NCBI GenBank assembly: GCA_050699415.1
Contig: JBOHDO010000135.1
Coordinates: forward strand, 112 to 64,111
Length of the DNA stretch: 64,000 nucleotides
Direction of reading: 5' to 3'
Origin: Marmoricola sp.
GTDB lineage: Bacteria > Actinomycetota > Actinomycetes > Propionibacteriales > Nocardioidaceae
The notes beneath the pieces were generated by a model that worked only from the letters and a program-made list of their open reading frames with translations, was not told the origin of the DNA and did no database searches. Position numbers and translations under genes: made by a program. Numbering within the stretch: the stretch's first letter is position 1; each line of letters starts with the position of its first letter. This document shows, piece after piece, positions 18,111 through 26,062 of this stretch.

Positions 18111-18898
18111 CGCCCCTCCTCCCCTGCGCGCTCGCCTGTTCGCAGAGACTTCCTGCCGGTGGTGATCAGCTCGACCACGCTCTGGGTGTCGTAGTCGCCG
18201 GCCGGTCCGCTCTCGGCCATGGCACCCAGGTGCAGGACGGCGATCCGGTCGGCCACCTCGAAGACGTCGTTGAGGTTGTGGGAGATGATCAGCACCGCGA
18301 TGCCCCGGCTGCTCAGCCGCTTGACCAGGTCGAGCACCATCTCGGTCTGGGAGACGCCCAGCGCCGCGGTCGGCTCGTCCAGGATCACGAGCCTGGCCTC
18401 CGCCATCACCGCCCGGGCCACCGCGACGGCCTGCCGCTGGCCGCCCGACAGCGACCGCACCAGCTGGCGGATCGACTTCACCGTGGTCACGTGCAGGTCG
18501 CGCAGGGTCGCGCCCGCCTCACGCTCCATCGAGGGCTCGTCAAGGAACCGGTTCCTCACGTGCTCGCGCCCCAGGAACATGTTCTGCACGATGTCGAGGT
18601 TGTCGCACAGCGCCAGGTCCTGGTAGACCGTGGCGATCCCCGCCGAGTAGGCGTCCCTCGGCGAGTGGAAGCGGACCGCTGACCCTTCCCAGACGACCTC
18701 GCCGCCGTCGGGGTCCCAGATCCCCGAGACGGTCTTGATCAGGGTGGACTTCCCGGCTCCGTTGTCCCCCACCAGGGCGGTGACCTGCCCGGCCAGGATG
18801 TCCAGGTCGACCCCCTTGAGGGCCTGGACCGGGCCGAAGTTCTTGACGACGCCCCGCAGCCGCAGCAGCGGGGCGTCGTCAACGGTGACGGTGCTCAC
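18107..18898 (-). CDS. Sugar ABC transporter ATP-binding protein (single NBD)
   Basis: Walker A GDNGAGKS, VYQDLALCDNL, LSGGQRQ, ILDEP, ISH. GTG start about 18898. Confidence 0.95.
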   Translation of the reverse strand: MSTVTVDDAPLLRLRGVVKNFGPVQALKGVDLDILAGQVTALVGDNGAGKSTLIKTVSGIWDPDGGEVVWEGSAVRFHSPRDAYSAGIATVYQDLALCDNLDIVQNMFLGREHVRNRFLDEPSMEREAGATLRDLHVTTVKSIRQLVRSLSGGQRQAVAVARAVMAEARLVILDEPTAALGVSQTEMVLDLVKRLSSRGIAVLIISHNLNDVFEVADRIAVLHLGAMAESGPAGDYDTQSVVELITTGRKSLRTGERAGEEGR

Positions 18899-18905
18899 CA
18901 GGGGT

Positions 18906-20129
18906 TCACTTGATCCCGTACTTCGCACACGCCTTCGCGTACTTGCCCTTGCACAGCTGGCTCACCGGCACGAACTTGTCCGCCACGATGGTGCTCTCCA
19001 TGTTCTTCGGAGTGACCCACTCGGGCTTCAGCAGCACCGACTTGACGGCCTTGTGCTCCTTGGTGTCCTGGGTGGTGCCGTTGACCAGGTCGCTCGGCGG
19101 GGTCACCCCGGCTCGCAGGTAGACGCCCAGCGCGGCGGCCGCCTGCGCCTCGAGGTAGATCGGCTTGTACGCCGTCCCGCACTGGTAGCCGGTCAGGATG
19201 TTCTGCAGGCCCACCAGGGTCGCGTCCTGGCCCGTCACCGGGAAGGAGTTGGGCTTGACGCCCTGCGACTGCAGGTAGTTGATGATCGGCGCCGCGTTCT
19301 CGTCGTTGGGCACCAGCACCGAGTTGACGCCCTTGTTCGCGGTCAGCGCCTGCTGGAACTCGGTCTCCGCGGTGGGCGGGTCCCAGGTCCCGGCCGGCGT
19401 GGCGGCCTGCTTCCAGCCCGAGGAGAACTTCGGCTTCAGGACCCCGTCGTAGCCCTGCGCGAACAGCGTCGCGTTGTTGTCGGTGGGGTCACCGCGCATC
19501 ACGATCATGTTCGGGTTCTTGACCCCCCACTTGCTCGCGCAGGAGACCATGCCGTTCCCGATCAGCTTGCCGACCTCCACGTTGTTGAAGCTGACGTAGT
19601 AGTCCCGGTCCCCACCCAGGGTGAGCCGGTCGTAGTCGATCACCTTGGCGCCGTGCTGGGTGCCGTACTTCTCGATCTGGGCGCCGACCCCGGCGTCGAG
19701 GGGGTCGACGATGAGCACCGAGGCGCCGTTGGTGATGTCCGACTGGGCGTCGGTCAGCTGGGTGCTGTCGCTGCCGTGTGCGTTCTGGACGATGTAGTCA
19801 CCGGAGGACAGGCCGGCCTTCTGGAAGGACTCCTTCAGGTACGGCGCGTCGAACTCGGTGTAGCGGGCCGAGGTGGTGGTGTCGGGCAGGATCACCGCGA
19901 TCTTGCCCTTGCCCTTCTTGACCAGTCCGGACAGCTTGGACATCGCCGAGAAGTCGTTGGTGAACGAGCTGACCGTGAGGTTCGGCACCTTGGCCCCGGA
20001 GGACCCGGACGAGCCCGAGCCTCCGCTGCCGCCGGCACTGCCACCGCTCCCGCCGCTGCCACAGCCGGCGGCCAGGACCGCGGTCGCCGAGAGCGCCGCG
20101 ACCATCGAGAGACTGCGAGACACGCGCAC
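18906..20129 (-). CDS. Sugar ABC substrate-binding lipoprotein (XylF/ChvE-like)
   Basis: Lipobox LAAGC, ARYTEFDAP, IDYDRL, YVSFNNVEVG, NDENA, VTGQDA, AYKPI. Confidence 0.93.
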   Translation of the reverse strand: MRVSRSLSMVAALSATAVLAAGCGSGGSGGSAGGSGGSGSSGSSGAKVPNLTVSSFTNDFSAMSKLSGLVKKGKGKIAVILPDTTTSARYTEFDAPYLKESFQKAGLSSGDYIVQNAHGSDSTQLTDAQSDITNGASVLIVDPLDAGVGAQIEKYGTQHGAKVIDYDRLTLGGDRDYYVSFNNVEVGKLIGNGMVSCASKWGVKNPNMIVMRGDPTDNNATLFAQGYDGVLKPKFSSGWKQAATPAGTWDPPTAETEFQQALTANKGVNSVLVPNDENAAPIINYLQSQGVKPNSFPVTGQDATLVGLQNILTGYQCGTAYKPIYLEAQAAAALGVYLRAGVTPPSDLVNGTTQDTKEHKAVKSVLLKPEWVTPKNMESTIVADKFVPVSQLCKGKYAKACAKYGIK

Positions 20130-20205
20130 TGTTCATCATCCCCATCACAGGTGTGCCCGCCGACCCATTCGGCAGGGGCGTACGCCATCGCGAACGCTGC
20201 CGCTG

Positions 20206-20270
20206 ACGCTAGTGAGAGTGCCGTGAACGGCGCGTGAACAATTCCGCTACGGCGTGAACAAAGCGTGAAC
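20206..20270 (-). promoter_or_regulatory. Four direct repeats (GTTCACG on the minus strand) plus -10 TAGCGT; putative response-regulator-activated promoter of the ABC operon
   Basis: CGTGAAC at 20222, 20233, 20253 and 20264 (spacing 11, 20, 11). ACGCTA at 20206-20211 reads TAGCGT on the minus strand. Confidence 0.75.
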
Positions 20271-20281
20271 GAGCCGGGTTG

Positions 20282-20992
20282 TCAGCCCGGATTCGAGACC
20301 AAACGGTAACCCGCACGCGGCTGGGTCACGATCAACGGCTCGCCGCCCTCGGTCTCCAGCTTGGCTCGCAGCCGCCGGATGTAGACCCGCACGTACTCGG
20401 TCTCCGTGGCGTAGCCCGGCCCCCACACCCGTCGCAGCAGCTGCGCGTGGGTGAGCAGCTTGCCCCGGTTGGTCACCAGCTCGCGCAGCAGCGCGAACTC
20501 GGTGGGCGTCAGGTGCACCGGCTGCCCGGCGCGACTGACCCGCTGGTCGCCCAGGTCGACCTCGAGGTCGCCGACCTCGATGACACCGGCGACGTCGGGC
20601 TGCGGTGTGACCGAGCGGGTACGCCGCAACGTCGCGGTGATCCGGGCGAGCAGCTCCTCGATGCCGAAGGGCTTGGTCAGGTAGTCGTCGGCCCCCATGT
20701 TCAGGGCGGTCACCTTGTCCCACTCCCCGCCACGGGCGGAGACCACGATCACGCCCACGCTGGACCGCTCCCGGATCCGGCGGCACAGCTCCATGCCGTC
20801 GGTGTCGGGCAGCATCAGGTCGAGCAGCACGATGTCGGGCTGCTCGGTCTCGAGCAGCCGCAGCACGTGCCCACCCTCCGGCGCCACGACCGTGTCGAAG
20901 CCACGCACGTTCAGGTTCGACCGGATCAGGTCGACGATGTTGGGGTCGTCCTCGACCACCAGGACCTTGGTGCGTGGACGGTAGTCAGTCAT
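20282..20992 (-). CDS. OmpR-family response regulator (KdpE-like)
   Basis: LVVEDD, LLDLMLP, GADDYLTKPF, winged helix LTPTEF...RRVWGPGY..ETEYVRVYIRRLRAKLE. Confidence 0.95.
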   Translation of the reverse strand: MTDYRPRTKVLVVEDDPNIVDLIRSNLNVRGFDTVVAPEGGHVLRLLETEQPDIVLLDLMLPDTDGMELCRRIRERSSVGVIVVSARGGEWDKVTALNMGADDYLTKPFGIEELLARITATLRRTRSVTPQPDVAGVIEVGDLEVDLGDQRVSRAGQPVHLTPTEFALLRELVTNRGKLLTHAQLLRRVWGPGYATETEYVRVYIRRLRAKLETEGGEPLIVTQPRAGYRLVSNPG

Positions 20993-23453
20993 CGACTGCC
21001 CCCGCGGCCATCACCGGCGGCTCCTCCGCGGCGGCTTCGGGCTCGACGGGAAGGTCGACCGCGAAGCACAGGCCCGGATCGGCCTGTTCGGCCTGCATGC
21101 TGCCCCCGTGCGCCGCCACGATCGCCCGGCTGATCGACAGCCCGAGGCCGGCCCCCGCGGTGGCGGGGCGGGGTGTCGCAGGGGTGTCCGGCTGGCCGAG
21201 CCGCTCGAGCCGGCCGTCGCCGTCGTCGCGGACCCGGACGGTCACGGTCCGGTCGCCGGCCGCCGCCCGCAGCCACACCCGCGTCCCCGGCGGGTTGTGC
21301 CGGAACGCGTTGTCGAGCAGGTTCACGAAGACCTGCTCCAACCGGTCGTGGTCGGCCCAGATCGGTGGCAGGTCGACCGGTACGTCGACCTCGACCCGTG
21401 GCCTGACCGCGACCGCCAGGCAGTCGCGGGCAGCCTCGAGCACCAGCCGCAGCTCGCACCAGTCGTGCTGCAGCCGCAGGATGCCGGTCTCGATCGTGGA
21501 CAGGTCCAGCAGGTCTCCCACGAGCCGTGCCATCCTCCGCGACTCGACGGCGATGCGGGTCAGGAACCGCTCCCGGGAGTCGCTGTCCCAGTCGACATCG
21601 GGCTGCAGCATCGTGTCGGCGTACCCGGTGATCGCGGTGAGCGGCGTCCGCAGCTCGTGGGAGAGCCTGGCCAGGAAGTCGTGCTGCAGCTGCTGGGTAC
21701 GCCGCAGCGCCGCGGCCTCCTGCGTGGCCTGCTGCGCGCGGTGACGGGCCATCGCGAGCTGCACCGAGTGCGCGGCGTCCTCGACCAGGGCCCGCTCGTC
21801 GGGGTCGGCCGGCTCTCCGTGCCGCGCCACCAGCAGGGCCGCGACCTCCGTGGGGTCGGCGAAGGTGACCAGGTGGAGCCAGCGGTCGTGGCCTGCAGGA
21901 AGCGTCGCCGCGGTGCCGTGGTCGGCGGCCCCGGCGCGGTGCTGCTCCACGACCCGGGCCAGCGCGGTGCCGTCCACACCCTCGTCGGGCTGCCCCGCGA
22001 CACCGGCCAGGGCCAGTTGGCCACCCGACGCCGCGGCCGAGTAGACCGCGACCGACTCGGCGCCCAGGCCACGGCGCAGCACCTCAAGCGCCGTGCGCAG
22101 CGACTCACCGACCGGCGCCGGTCCCCCCAGCGTCTCGAGCATGTCCCGGATCGTCTCCAGCACCAGGTTGCGCGAGGTCAGCTGGCCGACCAGCCGTTCG
22201 CGCTCCAGCGCCGCGGACAGGTAGCCGCCGTACAGCTGGGCCAGGTCCAGCTCGGCCCTGGTGGGGTCGCCGATCCGGGTGCGAAGCACCGTGATCACCC
22301 CGCTGCTGGCATCCGACCCGCCGAAGGGGACCGACCAGGAGCTGGCGACCCGCTGCTCCCAGAGCCGGCGGCGCATCCCGGACCAGGCCTCGGCCGTCCG
22401 TACGTCGCTGACCAGCTCGGGTTCGCCCGTGCGGGCGGCACGACCGATGGCGCCGCCCTCGGACCCGGTCCCGACCAACCGCCATGCCCGACACAGGCCC
22501 TCGGGCAGCCCGAGCGAGCACGACAGCCGCAGCCTGCCCGAACCGTCGGCCAGGTGCAGCGCCAGCCGGTCCGCGCCCAGCGCCGCGCCGAGCGCGGACA
22601 GGACGACCAGTGGTGCGGAGGTGGGGTCGGCGGTCGCGAGTCGCCCGCGCAGCGCGTGCAGCCGGGTGAGCTGGTGATGCGCCGAGCTCTCCGGTGGGTG
22701 GCCCGAGGCCAGCGCCAGTACGTCGTCGGGGTGGCCGCTGACCGGGTCCACCTCTCCCACCACCCGCCCGTGACGCAGCACCACGATCCGGTCGGCCAGG
22801 CCGAACAGCTGCTCGAGGTCGTGCGAGACCACCACCACCGCGCAGCCCTCGACCTGCACCCGGCGCACCAGCCGCTCGACCCGGCCGGTGTCGGTGGTCC
22901 CGAGCGGGTCGGTGGGCTCGTCGAGCAGCAGCAGCCGCCGTGCGGCGATGAGGGCCCGGGCGACCACGAGCAGCTGCCGCTGCACCACGGCGAGGCTGCC
23001 GGCCGTGGCCGTGGTCGGGCCCAGTCGGGCCGCGAGGCCCAGGTCGGCGAGCAGCCGGCGGGCCAGCTCGTGCCGGCTGACCGCCGAGCGCAGCAGCCGC
23101 CAGCGGGGTTCCGCACCGAGCAGCAGGTTCTCGGCGATGTCGAGGTTGTCACACAGCGCGGTGTGCTGCCAGACCAGCGCCGGGGAGGTGTCGGTGCCCA
23201 GGTTGACCCGACCCGCCATCGGCGAGAGCTCGCCGGCCAGGCAGCGCAGCAGAGTGGACTTGCCGGCTCCGCTCTCGCCGGCGATGCCCAGGATCTCCCC
23301 GGAGCCGACCTCGAGGTCCACGCCGTCGATGCCGATCACCCGGCCGTACCCGGCGCGCAGGGCACGGACGACGGCCGCCGGGTCGGAGCGAGGCGCCCGC
23401 CCTGCGATGGGCTCCCCGGCCCGCCGGCTCGTGAGGAAACCGCCAGGTCGCAC
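20985..23453 (-). CDS. Soluble sensor histidine kinase with an N-terminal ABC ATPase domain (NBD-GAF-GAF-HisKA-HATPase_c), 822 aa
   Basis: Walker A GESGAGKST (23253-23279), Q-loop VWQH, LLLDEP, VSHD; two GAF-like segments; LSHELRTP (His599); NLLDNAFRH; GAGLGL. No TM helix. -10 CATAAT 6 nt before GTG. Confidence 0.9.
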   Translation of the reverse strand: MRPGGFLTSRRAGEPIAGRAPRSDPAAVVRALRAGYGRVIGIDGVDLEVGSGEILGIAGESGAGKSTLLRCLAGELSPMAGRVNLGTDTSPALVWQHTALCDNLDIAENLLLGAEPRWRLLRSAVSRHELARRLLADLGLAARLGPTTATAGSLAVVQRQLLVVARALIAARRLLLLDEPTDPLGTTDTGRVERLVRRVQVEGCAVVVVSHDLEQLFGLADRIVVLRHGRVVGEVDPVSGHPDDVLALASGHPPESSAHHQLTRLHALRGRLATADPTSAPLVVLSALGAALGADRLALHLADGSGRLRLSCSLGLPEGLCRAWRLVGTGSEGGAIGRAARTGEPELVSDVRTAEAWSGMRRRLWEQRVASSWSVPFGGSDASSGVITVLRTRIGDPTRAELDLAQLYGGYLSAALERERLVGQLTSRNLVLETIRDMLETLGGPAPVGESLRTALEVLRRGLGAESVAVYSAAASGGQLALAGVAGQPDEGVDGTALARVVEQHRAGAADHGTAATLPAGHDRWLHLVTFADPTEVAALLVARHGEPADPDERALVEDAAHSVQLAMARHRAQQATQEAAALRRTQQLQHDFLARLSHELRTPLTAITGYADTMLQPDVDWDSDSRERFLTRIAVESRRMARLVGDLLDLSTIETGILRLQHDWCELRLVLEAARDCLAVAVRPRVEVDVPVDLPPIWADHDRLEQVFVNLLDNAFRHNPPGTRVWLRAAAGDRTVTVRVRDDGDGRLERLGQPDTPATPRPATAGAGLGLSISRAIVAAHGGSMQAEQADPGLCFAVDLPVEPEAAAEEPPVMAAGAVDD

Positions 23454-23522
23454 AGCGTCATTATGTCCGCTGGAGGCCGCGCCGACATCCCGTTGGCGCG
23501 TTGCGACCGGGACCGGCCGGGC

Positions 23523-24398
23523 TCAGGCCCGGGCGAGCTGCGCCGCGGTGTGCCGGGCGACCGGGGCCATCGGGGTGTCCGGCCGGATCGCGCTGGCCAG
23601 CGAGGCGGCCCAGCCGGCAGCCCGCTCCCAGACGTGGGCGTCGTACCGGCCGGTGGCCCGGACCCGCCCGACGAACCGGGCGCGGTCGGCGGGGCCGAAG
23701 CACCACCAGGCCGCGGCGAGGTCGCTGGCCGGGTCACCGGAGGTGAGGTCCCCGAAGTCGATCAGCCCGCTCAGGCGGCCGTCCCGGTGGAGCAGGTTGA
23801 GCGGGTGCGGGTCACCGTGCAGCCAGTACGGCGGACCCGGCCACGCCGGCGCCGCCAGGGCCCGGCGCCAGGCCGCCCCGAGCGCGTCCACCGGGCCGTC
23901 GAACCGCTCGATGCGTGCCGAGACCACCTCGTCGCGGTCGACGAGCGCGACGCCCCGGTACGGGTTCGCCGGGGCGTCGGCCGGCGCCGGCCGGTGCAGT
24001 GCCACCAGTGCCTCGGCCAGGTCGTCGACGATGCCGCCGCGGGACTCGACGGGCAGTCGTGCCAGCGGCTCGCCGTCGATCCAGGGGCAGACCGTCCAGC
24101 GCCACGGGTAGTCGTCCTGCGGCTCGCCGAGGAACACCGGCACCGGGGTGGCCAGCGTCAGCGGCTCGCTGACCTCGGCCAACCAACGGGCCTCGTGGTC
24201 GATCAGCGGGGCGGCCTCCTCACGCACCGGCAGCCGGACCGCCAGCTTCCGGCCGAGCCGGAAGATCACGTTGTCCATGCCACGATCGACCAGGCGAAGC
24301 TCGCCCGCAGCCCCTGCGGGATCCACGCCGGCGTACTGGGTGTCGACCAGGGCGCGCGCCAATGCCGCGTCGACGGGTCGGCGGTGGGTCTCGGACAC
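23523..24398 (-). CDS. Aminoglycoside-phosphotransferase/choline-kinase-fold protein
   Basis: GMDNVIFRLG, LAVRLP, WLHGDPHPLNLL, IDFGD, GDPASDL. Leaderless GTG with -10 CATACT. Confidence 0.88.
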   Translation of the reverse strand: MSETHRRPVDAALARALVDTQYAGVDPAGAAGELRLVDRGMDNVIFRLGRKLAVRLPVREEAAPLIDHEARWLAEVSEPLTLATPVPVFLGEPQDDYPWRWTVCPWIDGEPLARLPVESRGGIVDDLAEALVALHRPAPADAPANPYRGVALVDRDEVVSARIERFDGPVDALGAAWRRALAAPAWPGPPYWLHGDPHPLNLLHRDGRLSGLIDFGDLTSGDPASDLAAAWWCFGPADRARFVGRVRATGRYDAHVWERAAGWAASLASAIRPDTPMAPVARHTAAQLARA

Positions 24399-24418
24399 CG
24401 CCCGAGTATGCCAACGGC

Positions 24419-25963
24419 TCAGTTGACCTGGCGGTCGCGGTCCTCCCAGTAGGGCGCGCGCAGCTTGAACTTCTGCAGCTTGCCGGTCGCCGTCCGGGCC
24501 AGCTCGTCGCGGAACTCCACCGACGTGGGCGCCTTGTAGCCGGCCACCCTGGACTTGCAGTACTTGATCAGCTCGTCCTCGGTCAGCGAGGACCCGTCGG
24601 CCCTGACCACCAGCGCCTTGATGGTCTCGCCCCACTTCTGGTCGGGCACACCGATCACCGCGACCTCGTTCACGTCGGGGTGGGAGAAGATCACGTCCTC
24701 GACCTCGATCGACGATACGTTCTCGCCGCCGGTGATGATCACGTCCTTCTTGCGGTCGCTGATCGAGAGGTAGCCGTCCTTGTCGATCTCGCCGCCGTCG
24801 CCGGTGTGGAACCAGCCGTCCGCCAGGCAGCGCTCGGTCTCCTCCGGCTGCTGCCAGTAGCCCTCGAGGATCACGTTCGACCGCGCCAGCACCTCTCCCC
24901 CGGGCGCCACGTCGAGGCTGACGCCGATGGCCGGCATGCCGGCCCGGACCAGCCGGGAGGCCCGCTCCTGGGGCTCGAGGTCATCCCACTCCTGGCGGGT
25001 GCGGTTGATGGTCAGCAGCGGCGAGGTCTCGGTGAGACCGTAGATCTGCACGAACTCCCAGCCGAGCTCCTGCTCGACGCGCGCGATGGTCGTGGTCGGC
25101 GGCGGGGCACCGGCGACGATGATCCGCACCCGGTCGCGGCCGGGGCTGTTCCCACCCGGGATGGCGCCGTCCCAGTCCTCGGCGGCGGCGAGTACGGCGT
25201 TGACCACCGCGGGTGCGGCGCACATCGCCGTCACGCCGTACTTCTCGACCCGGCGGAGGATCTCCGCGCCGTCGACCTTGCGCAGCACCACCTGCGGCAC
25301 GCCCATGCCGGTCATCGCGAACGGCATCCCCCAGCCGTTGGCGTGGAACATCGGCAGCGTGTGCAGGTAGACGTCGCGGTCGGTGACGCCGGCATGCAGC
25401 GCGAACGTGACGGCGTTGACCCAGATGTTGCGATGGGTGATCTGCACGCCCTTCGGCCGGGCGGTGGTCCCGGAGGTGTAGTTGATCGTTGCGGTGGCGT
25501 TCTCGTCCGGCTCCCAGGCCCGGGGCTCGGTGCCCTCCAGGAACAGCGCGGAGTCCTCGCCGATCTCGAACTTGTGCTCGCACTCCACCCCGGAGACGGT
25601 CTGCACCAGCTCCGGGTCGTAGAACAGCACCCGGGCGCCGGAGTGCTCGACGATGTAGCCGATCTCGTCGGGCGAGAGCCGGAAGTTGACCGGCACCAGC
25701 ACCCGGCCGTAGCCGCAGACCCCGAAGAACGCGGTGTAGAGCCGCGCGCTGTTGTGCGACACGATCGCGACCCGGTCGCCGGGGTCGAGGCCGAGCTGGT
25801 CGAGCCGCGCCGCCATGGCCCGGGCGAGCTCGCCGACCCGACGGTAGCTCAGCTCACCGAGCGAGGCCGCCGGCTGGTCGGGCTCGTCGGCGATGCCGGT
25901 GCGGTCGGCGTAGCCCGCGAGCGCCCGGTCGAGGAAGTCGTTGACGGTGAACGGCACGAGCAC
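24419..25963 (-). CDS. AMP-binding acyl-CoA synthetase
   Basis: YTSGTTARPKG, YGLTET, FHTGD, DRKKDVIITGGEN, GKLQK. Confidence 0.95.
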   Translation of the reverse strand: MLVPFTVNDFLDRALAGYADRTGIADEPDQPAASLGELSYRRVGELARAMAARLDQLGLDPGDRVAIVSHNSARLYTAFFGVCGYGRVLVPVNFRLSPDEIGYIVEHSGARVLFYDPELVQTVSGVECEHKFEIGEDSALFLEGTEPRAWEPDENATATINYTSGTTARPKGVQITHRNIWVNAVTFALHAGVTDRDVYLHTLPMFHANGWGMPFAMTGMGVPQVVLRKVDGAEILRRVEKYGVTAMCAAPAVVNAVLAAAEDWDGAIPGGNSPGRDRVRIIVAGAPPPTTTIARVEQELGWEFVQIYGLTETSPLLTINRTRQEWDDLEPQERASRLVRAGMPAIGVSLDVAPGGEVLARSNVILEGYWQQPEETERCLADGWFHTGDGGEIDKDGYLSISDRKKDVIITGGENVSSIEVEDVIFSHPDVNEVAVIGVPDQKWGETIKALVVRADGSSLTEDELIKYCKSRVAGYKAPTSVEFRDELARTATGKLQKFKLRAPYWEDRDRQVN

Positions 25964-26062
25964 GGCGTGGCCTCCCTCATATCGGACCTGTGAGGTTCAA
26001 CATAGTGCCCCCGCAAGAGGTCGGGATGGCGGACCTGCGCCGCGCGGTGTGACCGCGAAGCG

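Noticed and set aside
20282-23453. Calling the two-component pair KdpD/KdpE (potassium sensing)
   Set aside because: The transmitter and regulator are Kdp-like, but the KdpD N-terminal, USP and TM domains are absent and there is no kdpFABC. The context is sugar transport.
23523-24398. Aminoglycoside resistance gene
   Set aside because: The APH fold is widespread in actinobacteria, and nothing in the sequence specifies an antibiotic substrate.
21108-24452. 1114-aa plus-strand ORF, and other long overlapping ORFs such as 34642-36699, 31049-33268, 11453-13336 and 13964-15541
   Set aside because: These are antisense or off-frame shadows of real genes in high-GC DNA. They are Arg/Pro/Gly-rich and carry no family motifs.
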